This document shows positions 44,187 through 53,614 of a stretch of DNA of 64,000 bases, in pieces (position 1 is the first letter of the stretch; each line of letters opens with the position of its first letter). This stretch comes from Candidatus Micrarchaeota archaeon (GTDB taxonomy: Archaea; Micrarchaeota; Micrarchaeia; Anstonellales; Bilamarchaeaceae): positions 74,440 to 138,439 of the forward strand of contig JBFMEZ010000025.1 of the NCBI GenBank assembly GCA_040753215.1, written 5' to 3'. The notes under the pieces are model-generated. The model was not told where the DNA came from and made no database searches. It saw only the letters and a list, made by a program, of their open reading frames with translations. The position numbers were made by a program, and so were the translations under genes.

Positions 44187-44882
44187 CTATTTTTCTCCAA
44201 CCACAATCGCAAAATTAGCTAAAGGTGGCACCAGCACCCGTGTTTTTCTGAACCCAAACCCATCCATAATCTTCTTCAGCTCAAGTGGGCAGATAGGGTA
44301 TTCCTTCGGATGCTTTTCCTGGTACTCCTTGCTCATGCCTTTCAGCGCCTGCGCCCAGCTCCGGTCGAATTCTCTTGCCCTTTTTGGATTCTTCTTTCTT
44401 AATCTCCAAACTTTTTCCTTATACTCGCTACTGGGCTTAAACCAGTCCCCTATCACCAGTCTTCCGCCTTCACGAAGAGACTTCCGTATCCGGGAAATAA
44501 CAGCCGCCTTATTCTTCACGTGATGAAAAGCGAGGTTGGAAACCACATAATCTGCACGCCCGCCGAACCCCTCTATCGGAGAAGCTTTGAATTTCATATT
44601 CTTAATTCCAGCAACCCTAACCTTCCCCATTGCTACCTTCATCATGCCTTTGGAAACATCCACGCAAGTTACCTGCGCCTTCGGCTTCCTCTCCGCAAGC
44701 CTTATGGCAAGCCCTCCACTCCCGGCTCCCAGGTCCGCCACCCTGCATTTCCGGTCCGGAACCTCCCTTATTATGTTGTCCACAAGCCATCTGTAAAACA
44801 AGTATTGGTACCTGTCCTGCTCTTCGTACTCTTTCGCGTATTTATCGAAGAACTCCTTTGCCTTTTTCACAATCAAAACCAC
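44187..44882 (-). CDS. Class I SAM-dependent methyltransferase
   Basis: SAM motif I reads VADLGAGSGGLAI. The start is a GTG that overlaps the stop of the displaced fen-1 tail. Confidence 0.75.
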   Translation of the reverse strand: MVLIVKKAKEFFDKYAKEYEEQDRYQYLFYRWLVDNIIREVPDRKCRVADLGAGSGGLAIRLAERKPKAQVTCVDVSKGMMKVAMGKVRVAGIKNMKFKASPIEGFGGRADYVVSNLAFHHVKNKAAVISRIRKSLREGGRLVIGDWFKPSSEYKEKVWRLRKKNPKRAREFDRSWAQALKGMSKEYQEKHPKEYPICPLELKKIMDGFGFRKTRVLVPPLANFAIVVGEK

Positions 44883-44945
44883 TTATCCAAAGTCCGCTGG
44901 CTCCGCGTCTCCTTCACGTTGCTCATCATCCCTTCCAGCGCCTTC
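44876..44945 (-). other. Displaced duplicate of the fen-1 3' end (last 22 codons, ending in a canonical PIP box)
   Basis: It encodes ALEGMMSNVKETRSQRTLDKWF*. The current gene end is EGMLSNVKETRSQRTLDKWL*. Nucleotide identity over 70 bp is about 70%. Confidence 0.75.
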
Positions 44946-44951
44946 TCCCGG

Positions 44952-45020
44952 AAAAACGCGGGGAACCCAGGTTCCCCCCATTTTTACCGTTTATTCTGAC
45001 CCCCTCCTAACGGTTTTCAG
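44952..45020 (+). repeat. Family B repeat, short copy B7, lying between fen-1 and its displaced 3' end
   Basis: Reads aaaaacgcggggaacccaggttccccccatttttaccgtttattctgaccccctcc. Confidence 0.7.
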
Positions 45021-46054
45021 AGCCACTTATCCAATGTTCGTTGGCTTCTTGTTTCTTTTACATTGCTTAGCATTCCCTCTAAAGCTCTTTCTACCCTCTC
45101 CCTTGAGAAATCGTGCTCCTCCACCAACAATTCTATTACTCCCTCCCTGCTCGCCTTCCCCCACCCCAGCTCTCCGACCTCCTTCACTGGCGGGCTCATG
45201 AAAAAACCGAAAATCGCCTCCACATCCTCAGGAAACTCATATCCCTTCTCCTTCTTCAAATATGCCCTCACCTTCTCCAGCGTATCATTCTCTTTCACAA
45301 TCTTCAGACCGGTTTTCGGCCCAATCCCCCGCACCCCTTCATTGAAATCCGTTCCCACAAGAATCCCAATCAAAATCAATTGCTCCCTCTTCAGCCCAAG
45401 CGCCTTCAGCGTCTCTTCCAGCTCCACCCTCTCAATCTCTATATCTATGAACCTATTCTGCTTCGGCACCTTCCTTTTCCCGGTAATGGACAAATTCCTC
45501 AAAAGCACCGGCGACCCAAATAGAACCGAATCATAATCCTGCGATGCGGCCGCATAGCAAAGCCCTGTCCCCACCATCCACGCTGCCTGCGCCTCCCCTT
45601 CAGAGGGCGCCTGCACCCAGGGAATCCCCATCAGTGAAAGCAGCCTCTTCCCCTCATCCACCATCTCCTTGGTGAGCCGCGAGCTTGCCTGCGCATATTT
45701 CCTCGCCTCCTCAATTTTCTCCTCCGCAAGCGCCTTCTTCCATTTGTGCTCCGCCTCCCTCCGCACCTCTATCCTTTCCTCTATAGTTTTCCTCTTGAAT
45801 TCCGGCGGAGGCCCGTCAAACACATAAATAGGTTTTATCCCAGCATTCACCAATCTTATGCTCCTGTAAAATAGCCCAGATAAATGCCCGGTCACCCGCC
45901 CCTTCATATCCATTAAGGGCGTCCCGTCCTCCTGCCTTATGGAAGCCAAAAATTGATAGAGTATATTCATCCCATCTATCGCTATGCTCTTTCCCGCAAG
46001 CTCCTCCAGCTCGACCTTGTGCTTAATTGCAAGGTCGCCCAAATCTACTCCCAT
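45017..46054 (-). CDS. fen: Flap endonuclease 1
   Basis: The XPG-N and XPG-I motifs and the N-terminal sequence MGVDLGDLAIKHKVELEELAGKSIAIDGMNILYQFL are present. The C-terminal PIP-like box reads QRTLDKWL. Confidence 0.9.
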   Translation of the reverse strand: MGVDLGDLAIKHKVELEELAGKSIAIDGMNILYQFLASIRQEDGTPLMDMKGRVTGHLSGLFYRSIRLVNAGIKPIYVFDGPPPEFKRKTIEERIEVRREAEHKWKKALAEEKIEEARKYAQASSRLTKEMVDEGKRLLSLMGIPWVQAPSEGEAQAAWMVGTGLCYAAASQDYDSVLFGSPVLLRNLSITGKRKVPKQNRFIDIEIERVELEETLKALGLKREQLILIGILVGTDFNEGVRGIGPKTGLKIVKENDTLEKVRAYLKKEKGYEFPEDVEAIFGFFMSPPVKEVGELGWGKASREGVIELLVEEHDFSRERVERALEGMLSNVKETRSQRTLDKWL

Positions 46055-46119
46055 CCTAATCCTCGCTTACCTATAATCAGGCATACTTTTATTTCTCTGC
46101 CTGCCGCAGCCGGCAGACT

Positions 46120-46325
46120 CACTGAACCTCCACGGCTCGGTCACACCTTGTAGTCGCCTGCGTGGCGGCGATAGGTCTGCCTAGCCATTGGGTGCGGCTA
46201 CAAGGTGTGAGGAAGCCTCGGCATTTATGCCGGAGAGGAGAGCCGAGGCTTCCTCTAAAGGCAGCAGGAATACATCTGCCCTTTATCTACGAAGAAGCCA
46301 CGGCCTTTAGGCCGTGGAGGGTCAC
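46120..46325 (+). repeat. Family C repeat, copy C2
   Basis: See copy C1. This copy ends in the perfect hairpin gccacggcc-ttta-ggccgtggag. Confidence 0.8.
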
Positions 46326-46567
46326 AGAACAAGGAACTTCGTTTTAGCCAGCACTTCATGCACTGCTGCAATCTCCATCCTTGACTCTATTGCCTCTATT
46401 TTCTTCCTAATTCTCTCGTACTCCTCCTCTTCTATGAACTCCTCCCCGCATTTGCCGCACACAAACAGGGTCGTGTCCGAAATAACATACCTGCCAAGAA
46501 ACATCCTATTTACTCCGCTAACCTTCTTCATGGAATGCCTGCATTTTGCGCATTTTATGCCGCTCAT
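46322..46567 (-). CDS. Zinc-ribbon protein (YgiT/MqsA-type antitoxin-like), downstream partner of the DUF4258 gene
   Basis: Two CxxC pairs are present (CAKCRH...CGKCGE). The gene overlaps the upstream gene by 4 nt. Confidence 0.45.
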   Translation of the reverse strand: MSGIKCAKCRHSMKKVSGVNRMFLGRYVISDTTLFVCGKCGEEFIEEEEYERIRKKIEAIESRMEIAAVHEVLAKTKFLVL

Positions 46568-46872
46568 CTTTTCTTCACCTTATGGTACTGTTCCACCTGC
46601 CATCTCGAAGATTCGTATCCTGTGATTATTATAATCCTGTCCTCTTCCTCTTCCAGCACCAATGTATAGTACTTGTCCGCCTTTTGTTTATAAACGCATA
46701 AGGTCGCCCCGCTCACCTTGTCCTCCAGCCGGACGCCCTTCTCAACGATCGCTCTCACTTCCGCTATCGGCATCTTCCTTTCCAAGAGCCTGTCAGCCGC
46801 ATGCTTCGTCATTATCATTCGCTTGTTTCTCATTCTATCCGTCATGAACTTTCTGCCCCAGAATAAAAACAT
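46564..46872 (-). CDS. DUF4258 family protein (toxin-like)
   Basis: The conserved DUF4258 N-terminal region MTKHAADRLLERKMPIAEVRAIVEKG is present. The start is either MFLF or MTKH. Confidence 0.5.
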   Translation of the reverse strand: MFLFWGRKFMTDRMRNKRMIMTKHAADRLLERKMPIAEVRAIVEKGVRLEDKVSGATLCVYKQKADKYYTLVLEEEEDRIIIITGYESSRWQVEQYHKVKKR

Positions 46873-46932
46873 TTGCCAGGTGCGATGCCACTAATCGGTT
46901 CTCAGTTTCCGGCTCCCAGTTTCCAGAACCAT

Positions 46933-47469
46933 CTACTCGTTCTTCTTTTTCTTCTGCATTTCCAACATATCCAGGAGAGTAAGCTCAGTCTTCCCCCCTC
47001 CGCCTTTAGGGGTAGGTGAAACCGAGACCTCCACCTTCTCCACTAATTTTATTCCCAAGGCCTTCTCCAGTTTCCTCGCCTCCTCCAGGCTGGGCGCAAC
47101 CCTCTCATTCTCAATCTTGTCCAGCCAGGAGGCCTTCACATTCACTTTCCGCGCCAGCTCCTCAATCGTCATCACGCGCGTCTTCTTCTCCTTCTTCCCG
47201 TATTCGTTCACTTCCTCAAAAGTAATCTTTACATTCTCCCGCGCCCTCCTGATTTTCCGCCCGTACCCGTCCACCACTTCCTCTTCCATCCGGAACTGTT
47301 TCGGAGTAGTATAGTCCACTTTAACGGGCGCTTCCTCTTCTTCCCCGCTCCCCAAAGAATGCAGAATCTTCCCGTGGTAGGCGCAGCGGGGGCACACCGC
47401 CATCTTCGCGCCCTCCACCGCGATTATGAAGGCAACCCCCTTCCTCCCGCAGATGTCGCAATCCACCAT
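46933..47469 (-). CDS. mbf1: Archaeal multiprotein-bridging factor 1 (aMBF1: zinc ribbon plus HTH_XRE)
   Basis: An N-terminal CDICGRK...CPRCAYHG zinc ribbon is followed by a C-terminal HTH (MTIEELARKVNVKASWLDKIENE). Confidence 0.7.
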   Translation of the reverse strand: MVDCDICGRKGVAFIIAVEGAKMAVCPRCAYHGKILHSLGSGEEEEAPVKVDYTTPKQFRMEEEVVDGYGRKIRRARENVKITFEEVNEYGKKEKKTRVMTIEELARKVNVKASWLDKIENERVAPSLEEARKLEKALGIKLVEKVEVSVSPTPKGGGGKTELTLLDMLEMQKKKKNE

Positions 47470-47518
47470 AAGCTAATTTTGCAGTTATTCTTATAAGCTA
47501 TGCCTCCCCTACCCAACC

Positions 47519-47938
47519 ATGAAAACAATCTCCAACCTCCAGGAGCTTCTCAAGAACATGAAGCCAACCCTCTCAAAGGGAAAATTCTACATGGCTTCAA
47601 TAGATGAATCCGAACTTATGGCTCTTGCCGGCTATGCAGATTACATAACCGACATATTCCGCGAGAAGGAGGGCCTGAGCATCGTGTTTTCCGAAGAAAT
47701 AAAGGAAGAGATGGAAAGCTTGACTGAAAAGAAGATATTCGGCCCCTTCGCCCTCATAACCCTAAATGTATACTCCGACCTCATGGCAGTGGGCTTCCTT
47801 GCAAAAATAACAGAAACCCTTGCGAAGGAAAAAATAAGCGTGAACGCCTTCTCCGCCTACAACCACGACCATCTTTTCGTCCCATACGAAAGGAAGGAAG
47901 ACGCCCTAAAGGCACTTCAGAAGCTCCAGAAAAGCTGA
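47519..47938 (+). CDS. ACT-domain containing protein
   Basis: Small beta-alpha-beta-beta-alpha-beta-like regulatory domain of 139 aa. This is a weak call. Confidence 0.35.
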   Translation: MKTISNLQELLKNMKPTLSKGKFYMASIDESELMALAGYADYITDIFREKEGLSIVFSEEIKEEMESLTEKKIFGPFALITLNVYSDLMAVGFLAKITETLAKEKISVNAFSAYNHDHLFVPYERKEDALKALQKLQKS

Positions 47939-47995
47939 GGCAAAATCCCGCACAAAGGTAAAGTGTTTTAATCCCGCCCCTCCAAATCCCTCCCA

Positions 47996-49348
47996 ATGGA
48001 CCACGTCAAGCTCTTCGCAGTAATACTCCTCACGGCAATCGCTATCTGGGCAATAGTCCAGACCGACCTACCGCCCACTGCAAAGTTCATCTCTTCGATA
48101 ATAATCCTCGCCATCTCCGGAGAGATAATCGCCCGCATCGCAAAGCTCCACAGCGACTGGGGCCTCATCCTTCTCCGCACCCAGAAGGGGATAGACATGG
48201 CAAGGGATTTTGCAAAAAGGGAAAAGTTCTGGAACCTCTTCTCTGATTTCGGCCTCGCCCTTTCCTATGGAATCCTCTCCTTCTTCGTAATAGAGAGAAG
48301 GGGCGCAAAAGAGAAGGCAGGCATAATCGCAGCCGCCCTCCTCACCATAACCTTCCTCCTCTTCTTCGTCTCGCCGCTCATCCTCCCCTTCCTTTCCTAC
48401 ACGCTCGGGATGCCGATAGGTGGAGGAAGGGCCGCGCATATAGACCCGCTCAGCTCCCTCCTCATTCTCGCCCTGGTCTATGTCGGCGGCTTCGTGTTCT
48501 TCATAACCGCCAGCCTCCTAATGTACGCGTTTGTGGTGATAGGCGCGGTCGCATCCACCCTTTTATGGGGAACAACCGCAATCTCAGAGACCGCTCCCGG
48601 CCTCACCCTTATTCTCCCGGGCATAAACATCCCGCTTTTCGAGGGCCTGCTCGCCCTCATAATCATCCTTCTGGTCCATGAAGGCGCCCACGCGGTCCTC
48701 GCGGTAATAGGGAAAATCCCCATCCTCTCCTCAGGAATCGCATTCTTTGGGATAGTCCCAATAGGAGCATTTGTGGAGCCCGATGAGAAGCGTCTTGCCA
48801 CCAAATCCCCAGAAGTGCAGAAGCGCGTAATAGTCGCGGGCTCCACTGCCAATCTAACCACCTCCATCCTCTTCTTCATCCTCCTCATTGCTTTCCTCTC
48901 CCTTTCCGCACCGTTCAAGGAAAAGGGATGGTATGTGCTCAGCGGAATGGACAACGGGACCATAATTTATGCGATAAATGGAATCCCGGTGGAAAACCTT
49001 CCGGAAAATTATGCTGCCCCGAACACCACCATAAACCTCACCACCAATCGCGGAATAATCGAACGCACCGCCAATTCCACCGGAGGCTACGACATCTCAT
49101 ACATCCCGATGGACTACGCACCCTTCACCCAATACGCGAACCCGATCCTTTCCTTCATCTTCAAAACTTTAGTCCTCGCATTCGCCCTCAATTTCATCAT
49201 AGGAGTAGTCAACCTCCTCCCGCTCCCCTTCTTCGATGGGATGCGTTTGCTGGAATTGTCCGTAAACAATAAGCGCTTCACTGATTTTGTAATGTATCTC
49301 ATCCTGGCGGCTTTTCTGTCCAATTTACTCCCCTGGTTCTTCAGATAA
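47996..49348 (+). CDS. Site-2 protease (M50 family intramembrane metallopeptidase)
   Basis: The HEGAHAV (HExxH) motif lies in a TM helix. Multiple TM helices and a PDZ-like insert are present. Confidence 0.75.
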   Translation: MDHVKLFAVILLTAIAIWAIVQTDLPPTAKFISSIIILAISGEIIARIAKLHSDWGLILLRTQKGIDMARDFAKREKFWNLFSDFGLALSYGILSFFVIERRGAKEKAGIIAAALLTITFLLFFVSPLILPFLSYTLGMPIGGGRAAHIDPLSSLLILALVYVGGFVFFITASLLMYAFVVIGAVASTLLWGTTAISETAPGLTLILPGINIPLFEGLLALIIILLVHEGAHAVLAVIGKIPILSSGIAFFGIVPIGAFVEPDEKRLATKSPEVQKRVIVAGSTANLTTSILFFILLIAFLSLSAPFKEKGWYVLSGMDNGTIIYAINGIPVENLPENYAAPNTTINLTTNRGIIERTANSTGGYDISYIPMDYAPFTQYANPILSFIFKTLVLAFALNFIIGVVNLLPLPFFDGMRLLELSVNNKRFTDFVMYLILAAFLSNLLPWFFR

Positions 49349-49467
49349 TTTTACCGCATTCATCCAACATTGATTACTGGCATTACTGGAACCGAGGTCT
49401 CCTTTTATTTAAAAATAGCCCCATATAAATACATATACAATAGAACATATATGGGGTTCTGAAAAAG

Positions 49468-49782
49468 GTGAAGAAAATGGAGGAAAGATTGGAGGAGTTT
49501 GAGGAAATAGAGGAGCCAAAAAAGGGGAGAAAGCCAAGTTCTGATGAGTCCGAATCCGCACCGAGCGAAAGCGTTGGCGCGAGGCCGGACTTCCGCGTGG
49601 TCCAGACCGAAAGGGATGCGGAGGGCAAGACAATATACAAGAACGTGGGTGGGCTCTGGAAGCGCACGAGCAAGAATGGAAACACATACTACAGCATGAG
49701 CATAGGCCGATTGAGGCTGCTCGTATTCCCTAACGACAGGGATGGTGGTTCTTATGGCAGAGAAGACAGAGAAGAAATATGA
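49468..49782 (+). CDS. Hypothetical acidic/basic small protein
   Basis: 104-aa ORF with a strong Shine-Dalgarno-like sequence (aaaaggtgaag) about 8 nt upstream. Confidence 0.4.
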   Translation: MKKMEERLEEFEEIEEPKKGRKPSSDESESAPSESVGARPDFRVVQTERDAEGKTIYKNVGGLWKRTSKNGNTYYSMSIGRLRLLVFPNDRDGGSYGREDREEI

Positions 49783-52252
49783 GCTCCCGAAGGAGCTGGA
49801 GGACCTTCCTGGAATAGGGGAGGCGACCGCGGAGAGGCTGCGCAAGGCCGGTTATACATCTATGGACCAGATTGCGGCCGCGATGCCCCACGAGCTCGCG
49901 GAAGCGGGTGAATTCGGGGCGGAAGCCGCAAAGAAGGCCATCGCAGTTGCGCAGGAAGCTGTGGAGACCGGCTACGAGACCGCGGACCTGATATTCGAGC
50001 GCAGGAAGGAAATCAAGAGGATTCCAACCGGCTCCAAGAACTTCGACGATTTGATTGGAGGCGGAGTGGAGACCCAGGCAATCACCGAGTGCTTCGGAAA
50101 GTTCAGTTCTGGGAAATGTGTTTCCGGGGATACCCCGCTGGTCTTCTTCAATTCCAGCTCCCCGCACATTCGCTCCTTTGAGGACGTATATAATACATAC
50201 AAGACCGAAGAGTTCGAGCAGGATGGCGGCACATTCTCCGTTCCCTCAAAGGAACTGCACGTGCTCAGCCTCGGGGATGACTGCCAATTGAGGAAGGAAA
50301 AGGTCCAGCACCTCTACAAGGAGAAAGTAACTTCGATACAAGAGATGGAAACCTCCCGCGGCTCGGTCATAAAGGCGACGAAGAGGCACCCGCTCCTCGT
50401 TTTCTCAGAAGAAGGGATGGAGTGGAAATCTTCTGGCCTTCTTTCCGAAGGGGCGTACGTTGCGGTGCCAAAAGAGATAAGGACAGAATCAGAGACGGAG
50501 ATAAGCGCAGAGGATGCATATTTCCTCGGCCTCTTTGCCGCTGAGGGTACAGCCAATCCATTCAGCATAACCAACTACGATGAAAAAATAAACGCAAAGC
50601 TGCACGACTACATACGAAAGAGGTTCGGCAGGGAGCCGTCCTTCAGGAAGGAGAGGGGCCTCACGCTCCTTTTCAAGGACGCAGAACCTTTGCTCGGGGA
50701 GCTCGCCTCTTCCAATTCCGGGACGAAGTTCATACCGGACAGCGTGCTCAGCGGAAGTGATGAGATTGCTGCCTCATTCCTGTCGGGCTACATAGATGGC
50801 GACGGCTTCGTCTCCAACTGCCCCGAGCTTTGCACGAAATCCGCAAAACTCGCCTCCCAGCTGACCTACCTCCTTTCCCGCTTTGGGATAGGCTGCTCGG
50901 TCAGGCACAAGAAGGTGGAGGAGAGCAGGTTCTACAGGATTTTCATAACCGACGCAGGAAGCAAAACGCGCCTCATGAAAATCCTGGGCCAGAGCACGAA
51001 GGGCCTGGATGCGCTTTCCTGCGAAGGCAAGCACTCGGAATACGGGATTCCGTCCAAACCATTGCGCACAATCCTGAAGCGGCTGCACGGGAAGCTCTCA
51101 GGCACGCACAGGAGGGACATCTCGGCCAAGAAGGCGGAAATAGCGGAGGGAAAGTTCTTCAGCCTCTATTTTAACTACCTTGCAAGGACTCCCGCGACCC
51201 GCGTGGCCACGGAAGAAACCGTGAAGCTTGCCCTGGATTTCTACAGGGAGAGGGTAGGGAAGATGCGCGGGCACGAGGCGCTCCTCTCGGAGCCAACAAG
51301 TGAAAAAATCCTCAACGCGCTTAGGGACATTCTGTTCAAGAGCACTGCCCTTGTGCAGAGGCTCGGGATAAAGAGGCCGACCTTCCAGAATTTCGTAACC
51401 AGGAAGAAAGTTCCGGAGGAAAGGGTTGCGCAGGTCGCCTCGGCTATCCGCACCCTTATTGCGGAGACTCTCTCGGACCCAGCCCTTGCAAAAGACCTCA
51501 AGACGCTGGAACTGCTCGCAAACGGGAACATGCGCTGGGAAAAGGTCATAAGGATGGAAGAGAAGCCCTACGACGGATATGTGTACGACCTGGTCGTTCC
51601 GGGGGCGCACAACTTCGTCGCTGGCTTCAAGCCGATGCTGATGCACAACACGCAGGTCGGCTTCCAGCTCGCGGTGAACGCCCAGAAGGCCCTCTCAGCC
51701 AACGGAACGCCCGCAAGGGTCCTCTTCATAGACACGGAAAGCACCTTCCGCCCGGAGAGGATAATCCAGATTGCGGAGGCGCAGGGGCTGGATCCGCAGG
51801 AGGTCCTGAAGAACATCCTCGTCGCCAAGGCTGAGAACTCAGACCACCAGCTGATTCTCGTGGAAAAGGCCGGCAACGTAATCGAGAAGGAGAACATTAA
51901 GCTGATAATAGTCGACTCCCTCACCTCCCACTTCCGCGCTGATTACGTAGGCAGGGGCGCCCTTAGCGAAAGGCAGCAGAAGCTGAACAAGCACATCCAC
52001 ACCCTGCAGAAGTATGCGGACAAGTACAACATCGCAATCTATGTGACCAACCAGGTCATGGACAACCCGGGGATTCTTTTCGGGGACCCGACCATGCCGA
52101 TTGGAGGCCACATTTTGGCGCACGCAGCGACCTACCGCCTCTACCTGCGCAAGAGCAAGGAGGAAAAAAGGATTGCGAGGCTCGTGGATTCGCCCAACAT
52201 GCCCGAAGGCGAGACGGTCTTCAAGGTCACGAAGGGCGGCGTAATCGATTAG
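49757..52252 (+). CDS. radA: DNA repair and recombination protein RadA, interrupted by a 511-aa intein with LAGLIDADG homing endonuclease domain (intein approx 50117-51649)
   Basis: The N-terminal HhH reads LPGIGEATAERLRKAGY. The Walker A motif is split GKFSSGK|CVSGDTPL...MLMHN|TQVGF. The intein carries LAGLIDADG motifs YFLGLFAAEG and LSGYIDGDG. The exteins total 325 aa, typical of RadA. Confidence 0.9.
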   Translation, partial: AEKTEKKYELPKELEDLPGIGEATAERLRKAGYTSMDQIAAAMPHELAEAGEFGAEAAKKAIAVAQEAVETGYETADLIFERRKEIKRIPTGSKNFDDLIGGGVETQAITECFGKFSSGKCVSGDTPLVFFNSSSPHIRSFEDVYNTYKTEEFEQDGGTFSVPSKELHVLSLGDDCQLRKEKVQHLYKEKVTSIQEMETSRGSVIKATKRHPLLVFSEEGMEWKSSGLLSEGAYVAVPKEIRTESETEISAEDAYFLGLFAAEGTANPFSITNYDEKINAKLHDYIRKRFGREPSFRKERGLTLLFKDAEPLLGELASSNSGTKFIPDSVLSGSDEIAASFLSGYIDGDGFVSNCPELCTKSAKLASQLTYLLSRFGIGCSVRHKKVEESRFYRIFITDAGSKTRLMKILGQSTKGLDALSCEGKHSEYGIPSKPLRTILKRLHGKLSGTHRRDISAKKAEIAEGKFFSLYFNYLARTPATRVATEETVKLALDFYRERVGKMRGHEALLSEPTSEKILNALRDILFKSTALVQRLGIKRPTFQNFVTRKKVPEERVAQVASAIRTLIAETLSDPALAKDLKTLELLANGNMRWEKVIRMEEKPYDGYVYDLVVPGAHNFVAGFKPMLMHNTQVGFQLAVNAQKALSANGTPARVLFIDTESTFRPERIIQIAEAQGLDPQEVLKNILVAKAENSDHQLILVEKAGNVIEKENIKLIIVDSLTSHFRADYVGRGALSERQQKLNKHIHTLQKYADKYNIAIYVTNQVMDNPGILFGDPTMPIGGHILAHAATYRLYLRKSKEEKRIARLVDSPNMPEGETVFKVTKGGVID

Positions 52253-52254
52253 TT

Positions 52255-53580
52255 ATGTCTTTTGATTTTTCCCCCTTTTTGGAGGCATGCGCCGAGGCGA
52301 AGCGCACTGCCTTCTCCTTTTCCAATCCTTTAATCGTACATCACCTTGACGCCGACGGGGTATCGGCCGGCGCAATAATCGAATCCGCATTCTGCGCCGA
52401 ATGGAGAAAGCACAGAAGGATTTGCATAAAGAAATTGGGCGATACGGAATTAGACCAGATAAAAGATGAAAAAGAAATCATATTCGTGGATTTGGGCGGA
52501 GGCAATCCCCGCGTGAACGAGTTGCACGATGTCCTGATAATAGACCATCACCAGACCAAAGGCGTTGCGAAGCACCAGATTAATCCCCTCCTTTACGGAA
52601 TAGATGGCGGGGACGAGCTCAGCGCAGCCGGAACCGCAGCACTGGTCTTCAATACCCACTACGACCTCGGAGTTGTTGGTGCGGTGGGCGACATGCAATA
52701 CCCCCTCCGCGGGGCCAACCGCCTCCTAATCGAGCGCGGGCAGAAGAAAGGCGAAATAGAACTCGCAAACGAGCTCCGCATGTTCGGCCGTTACTCCCGC
52801 CCCCTCACCCAATTCCTCGCCTACTCGGATGAGCCCTACCTTCCCGGCATCTCCTTCAATGAATTGAATGCGGAAAAATTCCTCTCGGATTTGCAAATCC
52901 CTCTCCAGAAAGGAGAGAAATGGCGCACCTACTCAGACTTATCCGGATCTGAAAAGAAAAAATTAGTTTCCGCCCTTTCCGACCTCCTGGTGGAGAAAGG
53001 AAAGCCCTTCCTCGCTGAAAATCTCATCGGCGAGACCTACCTCCTCACGAAAAGGGAAAAGAGGAGCGAGACCTTCGATGCTTCCGAATTCTCCACAATG
53101 CTCAACGCATGCGGAAGGCACGGCAGGCCGGATGTCGGGGTAGCTGTCTGCCTCGGCGAAAAATGGGCAGAAGAAGAGGCAGCGCAGCTCCTCCGCCTCC
53201 ACAAGACAAGAATCCGCGAGGGAATTCTCTTCGCCCGCGAATCAATCGTGGATTTCGGCCCCTTCCTCTTCCTGGACGCACGGGACAAAATAGAGGATTC
53301 GGTGCTCGGGATAGTGTGCGGGATGGCAATAGGCGGCTCGCCCAAGCCGATTCTCGGAATCGCATCTTCCGAGGAAGGAAAATCCATAAAGGTCTCGGCT
53401 CGTGGAACCCGCGGCCAGGTGGATGCAGGCCTAAACCTCGGGAATGCGATGGCTGCAGGCGCAGAAGCGTCGGGAGGGGTGGGCGGCGGCCACAAAATCG
53501 CCGCAGGAGCAAACATCCCTTCCGGGAACCTAAATCTTTTCCTTACGGCAGTCGCCGGTTACTTACGTCAAAAGCCGTAG
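52255..53580 (+). CDS. DHH/DHHA1 family phosphoesterase (archaeal RecJ-like / NrnA-like)
   Basis: The DHH motifs HHLDADG and IIDHHQ and the DHHA1 GGGH motif are present. The gene lies immediately downstream of radA. Confidence 0.75.
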   Translation: MSFDFSPFLEACAEAKRTAFSFSNPLIVHHLDADGVSAGAIIESAFCAEWRKHRRICIKKLGDTELDQIKDEKEIIFVDLGGGNPRVNELHDVLIIDHHQTKGVAKHQINPLLYGIDGGDELSAAGTAALVFNTHYDLGVVGAVGDMQYPLRGANRLLIERGQKKGEIELANELRMFGRYSRPLTQFLAYSDEPYLPGISFNELNAEKFLSDLQIPLQKGEKWRTYSDLSGSEKKKLVSALSDLLVEKGKPFLAENLIGETYLLTKREKRSETFDASEFSTMLNACGRHGRPDVGVAVCLGEKWAEEEAAQLLRLHKTRIREGILFARESIVDFGPFLFLDARDKIEDSVLGIVCGMAIGGSPKPILGIASSEEGKSIKVSARGTRGQVDAGLNLGNAMAAGAEASGGVGGGHKIAAGANIPSGNLNLFLTAVAGYLRQKP

Positions 53581-53614
53581 CTATATATGGCACATAGCAA
53601 CTTTTATATACCTT

